A stretch of DNA of 64,000 nucleotides from Octopus vulgaris (taxonomy: Eukaryota), in contig OX597814.1 in assembly GCA_951406725.2 (NCBI GenBank), positions 131,130,001 to 131,194,000 on the forward strand, in the 5' to 3' direction. Of this stretch, positions 25,856 to 39,951 are shown piece by piece. The stretch's first letter is position 1. Each line of letters begins with the position of its first letter. Position numbers and translations under genes: made by a program. The notes beneath the pieces were generated by a model, which was not told the DNA's origin, did not search any database, and worked only from the letters and a program-made list of their open reading frames with translations.

Positions 25856-26655
25856 TGTGTATGTATGTGATTGTATGTCTGCGTGTTTTTTTATTGTTTG
25901 CCTATATAAGTGTAGTAAAATATTATTGACTGTCATAAGCATAATTAGATGTTATTAAAGTTTTTTTTTTATTTCTGTGTGTGTGTGTGTGTGTGTGCGT
26001 GGATATGTGTATTCGTGTGTGTATGTATGTTCATTTTTTTTTCTTTATATGTAATATCTAAAAAACACATAACAAAATAATAAATAATAATATTAATAAA
26101 AACATTTTGATCACATGAAAAAAAAAAGAGAAAAAAAAATTTTAAAGGAATAATTGAACAAAATTATCTTTATCGCCTCGCCAAATTACCAGGCCTATTA
26201 AGTTGTCAACGTTCATGTTGGCAGCTAGCAAAATGTTGAATTATCAACATTATGTATATGTTGTTAACAGTCCATGTCACTTGTGAAATCAGATGTAGTT
26301 ATTAAGGTGATTATACCACTCGCAAAACGTTTAACACTAAGAATTCTATTGATTCCTAAAAGAGGCACAAAATTTTCAAATATTGGCCGACGAGGGGAGG
26401 AGTAGGAACATAGTCGATTGCATCGATTCTAGTATTTTATTATTATTATTATTATTATTAATTTTTTAAAAGTTGTTTCTCTCATTTGACTGCTTTCAAT
26501 GGTTTAGTCGAATAAATTGACCCTGGTATTTATCATTATCGTTATATTTTTATTTCTGGTACTTGTTTTATCGGCTTCTTTTGCTGAACCGCTAGATTAT
26601 AGGGACGTAAACAAAACAACACCGTTTGTCAAGCGATGATGGGGAAAAACATAAA

Positions 26656-26720
<65 letters not shown>

Positions 26721-26733
26721 ATATAATACATAG

Positions 26734-26824
<91 letters not shown>

Positions 26825-26839
26825 ACGATGGTCTTCTCT

Positions 26840-27060
26840 AAGGCGGCGAAGTGGCAGAAAAGTTAGCACGCCGGGCGAAATGCTAAGCTGTATTTCGTCT
26901 GCTGCTACGTTCTGAGTTCAAGTTCCGCCGAGGTCGACTTTGCCTTTCATCCTTTCGGGGTCGATTAAATAAAAACCAGTTACGCACTGGGGTCGATGTA
27001 ATCGACTTAATCCGTTTGTCTGTCCTTGTTTGTCCCCTTGTGGGCAATAAAGAAATAAGA
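26840..27060 (+). mobile_element. Meta-type SINE
   Basis: aaggcggcgaagtggcagaaa..gtcgactttgcctttcatcctttcggggtcgat. Confidence 0.85.
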
Positions 27061-27759
27061 AACGATGGTCTTCTTTCAGGTTCTGCCTACCAAATCCACT
27101 CACAAGGTTTTGGTCTGCTCGAGGCTATTGTAGAAGACACTTGCCCGAGGTATCATGCAGTAAAACGGAACCATGTCGTTGAGAAGAAAACTTCTTACCC
27201 AACAGTCACGCCTGTGCCTGTTCTGTTTTGTTTTTTTTACAATCCAAGCCCAGAAGAATAAATATAAAGATGATCCCGGCGGAATCTGAACGCAAGAAAA
27301 AGTACTGTACGTTGTGGTGTATATAAGTCGCACTCGTCTATAAGTCGCACTTGTATAATATGTCGTCCGCGTGTGTAAGTTTCACCTGTAATTTCGTATT
27401 AGATATGCGGTACAATATTTTTCACTTAAAAGTTTTAGCATTTCCCCGTGTCTGCCCCGGGACTTCACTTTCTTCAGTTAATATCAAGTAAAAAATATTG
27501 CAACTTTTTCACGAGTAAATACGGTAAGTAAATGCCACTAGACAGTATTTGATATTCTAACGATTCTGTCGAAATACATGCCATCGTAAAGACGCACACA
27601 CACGCGCACGCACACACACACACACGTACGCTTACAAATGCATGCATACATGTACGTACTCCTAAATAAATACATATCTGTGTAAAGAATGAAAAGTTTT
27701 GAATGGTGCAACAATGCACTATAATACAGACAATGGGCCATATACCTGTTGTAATTTAA

Positions 27760-28380
27760 GTCATCCATAGTCTGATATGATATTTCGGAATAATATTCCT
27801 TCATCAGATATTCTTAGATGGAGTCGCTGCTATAATCTGTTTTCCAATGGATTGATTATATCCACAAGGAAGCTCCTCAGTGGATGACATGCTGAACCCC
27901 TACAGCTCACTATAGGTCTTCATAGAATACAATCCTTGTGAATCTTTGGAAGACCATACATATGTGGTAGTTTGCTGTAGTGTTGAGTCAGTTGTCTGTA
28001 CTTCACTGGGGTAAAGTGATCCTTTTTCTTGATCAAGATCTGTGACAACTTCCTCTCTGTTTTCAGAGTTGGGTCTTTCTTTACTTTGCTGTAGCTACCA
28101 TTGCTTATAAGACTTGCAAGTTTTTGCGAGTAGTTAGACTTCTTCATCACCACTGTAGAATTTCCCTTGTCCGCTTGAAGTTTTATGATGGAATTATCAC
28201 TCTGTAGTCTTTTGATAGCGAACTTTTCTTCCTTAGTGATGTTTGGTTCGGGAAGTTTTGCTTTTTCTAGTGTCTATCTCACTTCCCACCTTAGTTCATC
28301 TCCCTGAGCTTTTGGTATCTTTATGGCTATCTCTTCAATAGGAGCTATTATGTCCAAGTATGGAATGCGCCCGTAGTTTT
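27760..28380 (-). mobile_element. Penelope-like element remnant: RT N-terminal half, internally deleted, followed by a hammerhead-like motif
   Basis: NITKEEKFAIKRLQSDNSIIKLQADKGNSTVVM..YSKVKKDPT..YGLPKIHK..RPIVSCRGSA (PLE RT motifs); downstream CUGAUGA a ggaat-att-attcc GAAA tat-c-ata UC at ~27773-27807, with poor helix I. Confidence 0.85.
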
Positions 28381-28936
28381 ATTCATATTAATGCTATTTA
28401 AAGAGCTACTTGATTTTAAAAAACCAGAAACTAATAATGCTACTCACCCCTACTAGTTATGGTAGTTAGGTTCACTATCGTAAGGTCGTGAGTTCGATTC
28501 CTAGCGACTCATTGGGTCCTTGAGCAAGACGCTTTATTTTACGTTACTTCAGTTAACTCAGCTGGCAAAAATTCCGTGTCACGTTCAATCTCCCTGACAA
28601 CTACGTTAAGAGTATGCATGTTTGCGGAGTACTCAGCCACTTGCAAATTAATTTTCGTTGATCGGATCAACTGGAATACTCGTCGTCGTAACCGACGGAG
28701 TGTCATGAGTTTCCAGTTTTCGTCAGCCAAATTCTCTCAAAAGGCATTTGTCGATCCGGGGCTATAGTAGAAAACACTTGCCCAAGGAACCAAGAGAGAG
28801 AGAGAGTGAGTGAGAGAGACAGTAAAATGGCTGATGTCAAAAAACTCAGCGTCGAATCAGCGGCACCAAACGGCAGAGCCAAAACATCTCATACCCGACC
28901 AATTGGTCGGGTATAATATGAGGAAGAAAAATATCG

Positions 28937-29097
28937 AGGCGTAGGAGTGGCTGTGTGGTAAGTATCTTGCTTACCAACCACATGGTCCTGGGTTCAGTCC
29001 CACTGCGTGGCACCTTGGGCAAGTGTCTTCTACTATAGCCTCGGGCCGACCAAAGCCTTGTGAGTGAATTTGGTAGACGGAAACTGAAAGCCCGTCG

Positions 29098-29132
<35 letters not shown>

Positions 29133-29345
29133 TTGTGTTTCTGTGTTTGTCTCTCCCCCCAACATCGCTTGACAACCGATGCTGGTGTGTTTACGTCCCC
29201 GTAACTTAGCGGTTCGCAAAAGAGACCGATAGAATAAGTACTAGGCTTACAAGGAATAAGTCTTGGGATCTATTTGCTCGACTAAAGGTGGTGCTCCAGC
29301 ATGGCCAGGGTCAAATGACTGAAACAAGTAATAGAGTAAAAGAGT
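28937..29345 (+). mobile_element. CORE-type SINE, near full length
   Basis: tRNA-like head (gtggctgtgtggtaag..gggttcagtccc), CORE-like gcaccttgggcaagtgtcttc, internal (TG)n, 3' tail agtaaaagag. Confidence 0.9.
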
Positions 29346-29359
29346 AATAAATAAAATAA

Positions 29360-29608
29360 ATGCGCCCTTTTAAAGCCTAGCCAGACTCATGGGCCCGGTT
29401 TCAAGGTTTCTATGGCGTATGTGTTCCCCAGCTGGACGGGACGCCAGTCCATCGCAGCGTCACTCATTTTTGCCAGCTGAGTGGACTGGAGCAACGTGAA
29501 ATGAAGTGTTTTGCTCAAGAACGCAACGCGTCGCCCGGTCTAGGAATCGAAACCACAATCTTACGATCATGGTGCTGCCACCTTAACCACTAAGCCACGC
29601 GCCTCCAC
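29360..29608 (-). mobile_element. tRNA-derived SINE (third family)
   Basis: Minus: ggaggcgcgtggcttagtggttaagg..ggtttcgattcc..ttcttgagcaaaacacttcatttcac..gatggactggcgtcccgtccag. Confidence 0.8.
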
Positions 29609-29845
29609 TAAAAGAGTAATAAAGATGAGAATACTGAGACCGATAGATCAAAACAACACTAGTAGGACTTAGAAATAAAGACAGCGAGCTGCTACTGTCT
29701 GAGATTACAAAATAATAAAAAAATTTTTTTTAAAAACATGCATTATTTTGGAGATCAGTTGCTCGCTTAAAACCAGTTTCGTGACAAAAATGCATGAGAA
29801 TAAAAGCACCGATGGACCAATGGTGATGAGGAGTCTGTAAATGCA

Positions 29846-30233
29846 TATTTCTTTACTACCCACAAGGAGCTAAACACAGAGAGGACAAACAAGGACAGAC
29901 AAAGGGATTAAGTCGATTACATCGACCCCAGTTCGTAACTGGTACTTAATTTATCGACCCTGAAAGGATTAAAGGCAAAGTCGACCTCGGCGGAATTTGA
30001 TCTCACAACGTAACGGCAGACGAAATACCTATTTCTTTACTACCCACAACGGGCTAAATGCAGAGAGGACAAGCAAGGACAGACAAACGGATTAAGTCGA
30101 TTATATCGATCCCGGTGCGTAACTGGTACTTATTTAATCGACCTCGAAAGGATGAAAGGCAAAGTCGACCTCGGCGGAATTTGAACTAAGCATTTCGCCC
30201 GGCGTGCTAACGTTTCTGCTAGCTCGCCACCTT
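29846..30233 (-). mobile_element. Dimeric Meta-type SINE
   Basis: Same family as 3584-4090; flanked by agtctgtaaat at ~29832 and ~30235 (possible TSD). Confidence 0.85.
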
Positions 30234-31866
30234 AAGTCTGTAAATACAGCTGCCAAAATAAGCTTTCAGCTTTTAGTTGACTTCAGCCGCGAAAAATAAC
30301 AGCATTTTTTTAAATGCCGAAACTGGTATTTAATAAAGGCATCAACATAATATTCTTCCCATATATTTTATGCAAGCTTTTTACAACACTTCATCTATTC
30401 TCATGCTAAGTTCTGATCCTAATACATTTATCAAAATTAGTATATTTTGTCAATAATCAACATGGCCGACATTCCATACATTCATGATATAAATATCATT
30501 ATGATATGACCTATATATAAATCTGTTATAGTGAAACGTGCCTACATCACGACACACTAATTTTATTTAATATACGCTCACTGCGTATTTTCCTATGATT
30601 CATATAATTGAGTCTCTGTATAAATTATATTACAGTTTTGGTGTACTAAGACAGATATACAAAGGATACGGTAAATTAAGAAACTTGTGTTGCAATCCAT
30701 TAATGGAGCTGTGGATATAAAGAAAACACTCACAAATTCATATACGCTCTTATAAACATACAAATTAATGCATATGTAGACATCACATTGCATTTTTTAG
30801 TTCATCTAATCAAAGACTTTATTTATTAAAAGGGCTCTTAAAGTAATAAGAAATTTGAAATCAGTTGACGATGTGGAATAAATAAACGAAATGAATGAAG
30901 CCTGGATGTACCTGTATAAATAATTATGTTTGTGTTTAACTCCCGGTAAACCTTCCTGGATAACTCGATATTTCTGCTACTGCTTGCTTCTCAGTCAATA
31001 CTGAACGACAAATGAAGCCAGCTATAAATAACTGTAAGCTTCGAGGCGTTAATTATAAAGTGAACGAGCATCTTTTCTGTTTGGCTGCCACTTTTCAGTT
31101 TCTTCAATTTTGTTCCAGTTGATATCATATTTGGTGAGGTGATGTAGTTTTGTATGATAATCAGTGACATGAAATTCATTCTCACCAAAAATCAATAAAT
31201 AAAGCGTTAATAGCTTTTAAAATTTGCAAATTTAGGATGATTTTAGCCAGTCGAAAGCCACAGACATAGAGGTGCCCGTTTCTATAGTAACAAGCCAAAC
31301 TGTTAAAAAGCTGTTTACTCATTTGGTCATTATCGCTTATTAGATGCTTAAAACACATGCGGTATGAGGTGGTCATGAGATATGCTAAAAATTATAGCTA
31401 AATAGGCCTTAACTCACGCACCAAGATCATTTTTTTCTTTTTGCACAATCGCATTGATTCCCGTTTGTAGAATACAAATTCGCAAAAATTTTCTGAAAAC
31501 TCTAAAAAATAAAAAAAAAAGTTATGAGGGTTACAAGGCGTGTGCAAAGCAGAATTCCGTCAATATTTCATGTGTTTACTGTTGACAACGCGTGCAGTCA
31601 CACACAAAATGATAGCTTCCAAATCCTGTTTTCTGACTGGTTAAACTGTCGTATATCTAAATTTGACCAAATGCGTTTTATTTTTGCATAGCTTAGCCAG
31701 TTCTTTTGGTCAAACAAATTGTATATCCAGCTGCTTCAGATGCCAAGGTATCAAAAACTGTCAAAATGTAGCAAAACGGTTTTACTATGGAATGGTGAAA
31801 CTATTTTTTCGTTTTCTGAAAATCCAATGTTTTGGAGTTACGACACTTTTGCATAATAGCACCGAC

Positions 31867-31959
<93 letters not shown>

Positions 31960-32414
31960 AAGTTTGAAAACGCCACTATATAAGATCAATTTTAATTTTC
32001 TAAGAGATTTTACATGTTTCGGTTCTTCTTGAAAAAATTAACCTTATCAAAATATTTTTAAAAGTTAAGTGTAATAAAAAAGTTCATAATTGTTTCTTAC
32101 TAGTCTCGACAGAGTCCACGTGGTATATATATTTGCCACCTAATATATTTGCCGCCTAAATGTGGCTGACCCATATGGGACGATGCTCCTGTTGTTTTTA
32201 ACCCCAAGAACACATTTCCTCCAGCTGGCTAATGACACATTATCTGTGACCGATCAGTATTTGCGAAGGGAAATCGTCGCTCCCATCTCTAGCCTTACGT
32301 GATACACACGATATACATATACATATATATATGAATAAATGTAAGGACAAGCAAATTAGGCAAGTCGATATACAAAATGTATTAAATACGTTTAATACAA
32401 AAAATAGACATATT

Positions 32415-32632
32415 TCTTTTATTCTTCTACTTGTTTCAGTCATTTGACAGCGGCCATCCTGGAGCACCGCCTTTGGTCGAACAAATTGACCCCCAGGACT
32501 TATTCTTTGTAAACCTAGTACTTATTCTATCGGCCACTTTTGCCGAACCGCTACGTTGCGGGGACGTTAGCACACCAACATCAGTTGTTAAGTAATGGTG
32601 AAGAGAAAAGAACAAAAATATATACATACATT

Positions 32633-32713
<81 letters not shown>

Positions 32714-32880
32714 ATGTATATGTATATACGACGGGTTTCTTTCAGTTTCCGTCTACCAAATCCACTCACAAGGCGTTGCTCGGCCTAGCAGAAGACACAT
32801 GCTCAAAGTGTCCCGCAGTGTGACTGAACCCGGAACCATGTGGTTGGGAGGCAAGCTTCTTACCATACTCCTGCGCCTAT
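32415..32880 (-). mobile_element. CORE-type SINE
   Basis: Reverse complement of the 28937-29345 family. Confidence 0.8.
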
Positions 32881-33209
32881 ATGTATACATATGAAAAAAA
32901 GTTCGACTTACACAGAATAGAAATGATATCAGCAATTAAAGGGATTGGGTAAGAGTTTTACGTGTCCAACAGCTTGTTTCAGTCATTAGATTGGGGCCAT
33001 GCTGGGGCACTGCGCTGAAATATTTTAGTCAGACGAATCGACAGCAGTACTTTTTTTGTTAACCTGATACTTAGTCTATCGATGTCTTTTACCAAACAGC
33101 TAAGTTAGGGAGATGTAAACACACCAACAGCGATTGTCAAAGACAAAGTCACACGCACACATATATGTACGTATATAGGCATATATATATATATATGTAT
33201 GTATGTATG

Positions 33210-33241
<32 letters not shown>

Positions 33242-33393
33242 TGTATGTATGTATGTATGTATGCATGTATGTATGTATGTACGTACATATGCATATATGT
33301 ATTTAAAAATCTTTAAATCCCTAACCTTTTAATATTTAAATTCTTTCAGCTTTATACCTGCGGTCATTCTGGGGCACCACCGTTACGTATATG

Positions 33394-33454
<61 letters not shown>

Positions 33455-35187
33455 ATGTATGTATGTATGTATGTATGTATGTATGTATGTATGTGTGTGT
33501 GTATTCATACACATATATATTCATGCACGTATTCATAGAAATCCAATCGTTTACTGGTACAGAAAGAATTCAAAAGAAATTCAAAGATCCATATGTGTTT
33601 CCTGCAATGGGCATAAGCACACAGTCACATGTGCGCATATAACATATTCACACACACATACATAAAAGAATAATCACTTGCACACTCGCATATGCATACA
33701 CACACATACGTGTACTAAAGGAATATGGACATCCATTACACGAATGTCTCTATATCTACATATATACACCTACACATATGCATAATCTTGCAGAAATCCT
33801 TTGAACTGTCTTGAATCAAACAGAAAAGCCTTGTCACTTCTTTAGTGCCCGATTTGGATTCTGCTTACATCTGAAATAATCTCAAAGAAAAACATACACA
33901 TATAAAATTAAACTTACATAAATATAAACATACGTACATACACATATATATGGACGGACGTTCATAATAACATAAACACAGATATGCATATGCATAGATA
34001 AATACACACACACATATGTACAAACTTAGCTACATATATACATACGTACAAGCATGCATAAACACACAAATTCATAGATACGTATACATATACCTATACA
34101 CATACATACGCATACATACACTTATAGATACACACACACACACGTACCCAAGTACACACATGCATGCAAACATAATATGCATGGATAGTTTTACCTAAAA
34201 GAGGAAGATGCCAAAATTGACAACGATTGCTGTGTCTCTAGGGCTCGTAGCTACTTCCATTAGGTCACATCTCAAATGTTATGCTCTGAGAGCAAAAGAT
34301 TACCACAAAATACCTGCTAAACAAACGAATGTTTTGAAGCATTCATAATGCCGGAAATGCTACTTTTGTTCAAAGGACATTATTTTACATGTAGTCAGCA
34401 GTTGTTTTAAAATATCATTAAAGGTATTACATTTCTCCAAACATACAATTTCATGTTCTTGTGAAATGACATCAAAGGCTTCTCTGGATATATATTAAAA
34501 CTGCTTGAAAAATAATTCTGTTATTGAATTTCAACGCAAAATTATTGTGTTTTATTTTTTACTTCTTTCACTCATTAGACTGCGGACACGTTGGATCAAC
34601 GCTTTGAAGAACTTTTAGTCGAATGAATCAACCCCAGTGCTTATATTTTCTTAAAGTCTGATACTTATTCTATCGGTATCATTTATTCGAACCGCTAATT
34701 AACGGGGACGTGAACAAACCAATACCGGTTGTTAAACGGTAGTGGAAGACAAATACAGAAACAAAGACACACACATACATATACACTCATACATGCAAAC
34801 ATATATAAATACCTCAATACATACATACATGCACACTCACACACACTTACACACAAACACACACACATGAGCGCCTCTCCTCTTCACCGTTCCCTCTCTC
34901 TCATTCTTCCTCCTTGACTCTCTCGTCGCTGACACGTGACGAAAGGGAATCTATCTTTCTGTCCATTTCCTTCCTAAAAACAAGACGTGCTTATACCTGT
35001 CTCCTCTCATAGCTCGTCCTCCTAGTATTCATAATCATTTTTATATCGTCTTGGCTTAACAGCCCTCACCGTTTGTTTTTACTGTCTTGTTCTCACTGTC
35101 CTGTTCTTGTTACCACTTTCCCCCTCCGCAAAAAAACCCCAAATTTTATTTAAGTTGCTTTGCGGGAAGGACTGTTTCAACGAAGTC

Positions 35188-35247
35188 GCGTATTGTCTTT
35201 ACCTTCGTAACGCAGAGAAGATGAAACAGAGACAACTGATGAAGGGG
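35188..35247 (+). ncRNA. Candidate non-circularly permuted hammerhead (GAAA mutated to GUAA)
   Basis: gcg UA ttgtct tta ccttc GUAA cgc ...16 nt... agacaa CUGAUGA a gggg; related to the 54224-54282 family with compensatory stem changes; truncated relative at ~39956-39997. Confidence 0.6.
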
Positions 35248-35699
35248 AGCATTCTTTATGTTGCATGTCTCGCTTCTCTGTTTTTTTTTTTCGTTGTTCG
35301 AAAAATAGTTCGTTTTCGATATTTATGTTTTTATGTTTTCGTTTCTCATTATGTTCAACGTTTTTTTTATGTCCTTTACCCATATATGCATGTATATATA
35401 CATATATATGTAGGTATGTACATATATGTATGTATATATGCATATATTTATATATTATAGTATTATTATTATATATGTATATATATGTGTGTGTGCGTGT
35501 GTGCGTGTATGTGTGTGAGTGTGTGTGTGTATAAATGAAAAGAAAATGGAGATATACATTATATGAATATAATATAATATTATGTTAATAAATTTTAATT
35601 TTTGAATTGACAATTGTACATCTCCATTTTCTATATATTTTTTATAAATTTAATATATACCCATGTGAACTGTAAAGATTTTCTTTACTAAATTGGGTA

Positions 35700-36101
35700 T
35701 TAAATGGTTGAGCCAAATAAAAATTGAATGTTTTCATCCCACTTTTCCTTATATTGGATAGAGGAAGCGCCGATATAGAAATAGACATTGGCGCTTCCTC
35801 TTCCCAGTTATTTAAGAGAATTTCCAATCATTATTCTTCATTTAGGGATAGCAGTAAACGTAATAGCACAGGGCTAAGTAAATTGGTTTGGTATCTTAAA
35901 GACAACAATAAGGATTTTAAGTTAGATTGGCTTATCCTGTCATCTCTTTCCCTTATGACAAGGGCAAAGGATTTTGTAACATTTGCAACTCTGAACTCTT
36001 CCATATTCTCTTCTCTAATAAATCACCTTATTAACACACATATAGAGCGATCTTACAAATGTATACACTGGCAGAAACATACTTTTAGCTCATATAAGTG
36101 A
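35700..36101 (+). mobile_element. Penelope-like element GIY-YIG endonuclease remnant
   Basis: DIGASS..FKRISNHYSSFRDSSKRNSTGLSKLVWYLKDNNKDFKLDW.., frameshifted CNIC, ..KCIHWQKH; PLE endonuclease pattern. Confidence 0.8.
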
Positions 36102-36349
36102 TTTATACCAGTCTGTATAGTTTGACCATTTAGTTCACCTTGCACTTTACTTCAATAGAGAAATCTACTTCCAACACTTTGAACATTTTTGCAACCAATA
36201 TATCTCTCTTTATTTGTTCTCTACTAATTATTTCTTTACTCCTTCTCTTCCTAGTATCTGCCTTTGACGTCAGATCTACTAACGGTTTTTTTTTTAAATA
36301 CTTAATAGCGTTCTGTTTATCATTTATGCAATCATCAAAATTGTTATTA

Positions 36350-36828
36350 CCGTAAATCCTCGAGTATAGTCCGCCCTTGAGTATAATACGCAGGGGATTT
36401 TTAGGGGGCTGTACCTCTGAAAAACCTAAACCTTGTATATAATACACACCCCTTCTCAAACTTGGTTTGTAAAAATGTATACGGTAACGTCCTTTATTAT
36501 TATTGCATATATAACATAATGCAAACGTGTAGCTTTTTTGTGCATTTTGTTTGCAGAAAATAAAGAAATAACAGTAATAACAGTAATAACGCTTAATAAA
36601 TGTTGCTTACTGCAAGTTATGGATGATTCTTTTATGACCTCATTGCTTTCTGGCTTAGCTTAATGTATTTTCGCGCTCGACATCACAAAATGCGTCTGAA
36701 TAAACATTGCCGGACCGCAAATAGAGACTCGTACATTGCTTAGAAAATAATTTTCATTTTTAACCTCGTATATAGTACGCACTAGGGATTTTGACCTTTA
36801 AATGCGAATTATTCTCGAGGATTTACGG
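36350..36828. mobile_element. Tc1/mariner (pogo-like) MITE inserted in the PLE 3' region
   Basis: TIRs ccgtaaatcctcgag.../...ctcgaggatttacgg; TA target duplication at 36348-9 and 36829-30. Confidence 0.9.
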
Positions 36829-36858
36829 TATGTCTTGCTGTTGAGATAGGTTCCTTTT

Positions 36859-36944
36859 CTTTCCTGATGAGAAGATTACATTATTTTACACCGTTTATCC
36901 CTTTGAAATAAAACCAATGTTGTCTTCGAAACATAAGTCGAAAG
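36859..36944 (+). ncRNA. Type I hammerhead ribozyme motif at the 3' end of a PLE
   Basis: ctttc CUGAUGA gaaga ...47-nt loop... tcttc GAAA cataag UC gaaag; perfect core, 5-bp helices I and II, GUC site at 36937-36939. Confidence 0.8.
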
Positions 36945-37130
36945 TAAAATAGTTTGAATAACACATCCGTACAACTCCATTTATTTACTTATACTATACA
37001 AATTACTGCACATTAACCCGGAGTTTCTACTTTTGAATAGGCCGCTACATCCTTGTTAATCGCGTGAATTTTGTTACGCTGGTATTGAATTTTCCGTGTT
37101 AACTGTAAACAAAGGATAATTCATTCATCT

Positions 37131-37204
<74 letters not shown>

Positions 37205-37961
37205 CATATGACGAGCTTCCACTCAGCTTCCATCTACAAAATCCATTCATAAGATATTGGTCGGCCCGAGGTTTTTAAAGAAGACACTAATTGAGCCACG
37301 CTGTGGGACTGAACCTATAAACACGTGGTTGCAAAGAGTACTTATTAACCACACACCCATGTCTATGGACAACTCATTTGAAACCTATACCGTCTCTACA
37401 CTGATTATATAATTAAACATTTGTATTTACAGTTAGTAACATAATATACTTGGTTATGTTACTGTTTAAACAGTAAGCTTGAACAGTTGAGTACTTGAGG
37501 CTAAGGAAAATAAATCACTTTTAATTTGTTTTCTGCTAATTCAGTCAGTACAAGGAACAGTCAAAAGTATGCAAGACGTTTCTCGACTTTATGATCTGCG
37601 AGCTGTCGCCCCTACGACGCTAATCGGCGTCTGATTAACATTGGATGAGATTGTTTGTGCAATGATGTCCCACGTTGAAATATCCGAAATAACTGATGTC
37701 CTCAAGGTTACATGAGTGGTGATGATGCGGCCCAAGCTCATCTTTGGGATGTTTATGGTACATGTAGCTCTACACTGTCTATCGGCGTCAAAGTTTCAAG
37801 GCTGTATAGTTCTGTGTCTTAGTTACAGATCACTACTGCCATCATGGGTTGAAATAGAAATACTTAAAATGTCGACTTGCGCGCGTACAAGTCTGTATGT
37901 GTACGCACGCACAGACACACACATACACATATGCGCATATACATACACACGCACTTATTTA

Positions 37962-37996
<35 letters not shown>

Positions 37997-38018
37997 TGCT
38001 TATATCTATCTCTCTCTC

Positions 38019-38051
<33 letters not shown>

Positions 38052-38074
38052 ATGTGTGTGTGTGTGTGTGTGTA

Positions 38075-38440
38075 CACGTGAGGGTATTCAAAAGAAACCG
38101 GAATTTTGCAATATTACTTTATTCAGTTAGTTTTACATGTTTACACGTTTATCGCCCTCAAAGTATTCTCCATTTGAAGTAATGAATAAGTCCCGATACG
38201 TTTTCCACTGTTCAAAACAGTCCTAGAACTCTTGCGAAGTGAGGCATTTTAACTCCTCCGTCGTTATTTTCTTCAACCCCTCCACTTCTGCAAAACGTTT
38301 TTTTTTTTTTAAGGTCCCTTATTATTCTGAGGAACAAAAAAAAAGTTGCAGATCAGGTGAATGAGGTCATGCTCTTTTTGGTCAAAAACTGTCTCATACT
38401 CAAGGTGGTGTGCGAAGGTGCACTGTCGTGATGGAACCAC
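38075..38440 (-). mobile_element. Mariner remnant, C-terminal part and end
   Basis: WFHHDSAPSHTTLSMRQFLTKKSMT and ..F*DCFEQWK..ITSNGEYFEG, typical mariner C-terminus. Confidence 0.75.
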
Positions 38441-38549
38441 GACTCTCCACCTGCAACGGACCGGCGTCCTGTCCAGGTGGGGAACCTATACGCCAAGGAA
38501 ACCGGGAAACCGGTTAACTTAATCTTGAGTAAAAGTGTCGAGAAGATGA

Positions 38550-39590
38550 GTGGAGTAACAATGTGTTTTTTTTCTCCTTTATACGCATTTAGTAAATTTA
38601 CATATTCCAGTACCAAGTTGGAAAACGTTTTCAGGCAATTTAATTTCAGTATTCCATCACTGTGAGAAACAAGATGATGCTATAGATCAAGAGCTTTGTC
38701 ATCCATAAAACTATTGCGTGAAAACTTGAAAAATACCTTCACAAGTATTCTAGGTTCGAGTGAAAAGTGGGATGAAGATACGTTTTGTCAAACAGATAAT
38801 CAATTGACAAAGTTGAATGATTTCACATTCATGCTTTTCATCAATTGCTTTCATAACATACTTTCTCAGGCTGGAAAAGTCTTTGACATCCTACAGTGTA
38901 GGCTACTCGACAGAAAGCATTGTCAGAATAAACTAAATTACTTGATTCATTGTGTTGAAGGCTATCGTATGGACGAACATTTTGAAAACATTCTGCGCAA
39001 TACAGCTGCTGTCATTGAACAGGCAGGATCTTCCTCTTAGAAAAAAGAGTCAGAGGTGCACAAATTAGTTACAAAACTACCGATTTTGAAATAATTGATT
39101 CTAATGTCCTTACCAGAGAGATTTTCTGGCATTCAGGAGTATACATCTTTTTAATTACTAGACATAAATAAGTTTGAAGAGTTTGCTAACTCATTTCCCA
39201 TGCAACATATGGACTTTCTAGAAAACAAGTATCTCTGTATTGTTTTTAGTGTAAGAGCTTAGTGAACGAGCTAAAATATACGAGCAAGTCAAGCAACTCC
39301 ATTTTAGAATTACTGGATAAATTAAAGTTGACTTCCGCTATGCCGGAATCCATTAAACCAATTAAGCTAGTGCTGACCATCCCCTTAACATCAGTCGCTA
39401 ATGAGAGAAGTTTCTCAACGTTGGATAGAATCCGTTCATATTTGAGAAGCACAATGGCTGAAGAACGGCTGTCTTCATTAGCTTGTATTTCCATTTTGAA
39501 CGACCTGGACAACAAGAAGGAGTTACATGACAGAATATTTTACACGAGTTCACTTATAAATGGATTGATTTTTATATTAAAACTGTATTG
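38550..39590 (+). mobile_element. hAT-superfamily transposase remnant, C-terminal half with dimerisation domain
   Basis: LVLTIPLTSVANERSFSTLDRIRSYLRSTMAEERLSSLACISI is the hAT dimerisation motif; upstream KLNDFTFMLFINCFHNIL..FDILQ; stops and frameshifts. Confidence 0.9.
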
Positions 39591-39638
39591 GCAAATCTGT
39601 GATGAGCCCGAGTGATGCTGATGACCTGGAATTGCCAA

Positions 39639-39701
<63 letters not shown>

Positions 39702-39798
39702 ATCCAAACATGAAAACACAATGAGAAAACACAACAACGCGAGGACGTGGAACAAATATAGTATTATTGGACGCTCAGGAAAGAAGGAAAGAAGGAGG

Positions 39799-39833
39799 AT
39801 TTAACATTTCGAGCAGAGCTCTTCGTCAGAAAC
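39799..39833 (-). ncRNA. Minimal type I hammerhead motif in a ~210-bp (TA)n-associated repeat (39697-39910)
   Basis: Minus: gttt CUGACGA a gagc-tct-gctc GAAA ug UU aaat. Confidence 0.7.
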
Positions 39834-39913
39834 ATAGGAAAAGGAAAGATCCAAAGAAGGGAAAACGGAGGGGAAAAAAATCGCCAAAGGTACACACGCG
39901 GTCACATTTTGAA

Positions 39914-39951
<38 letters not shown>

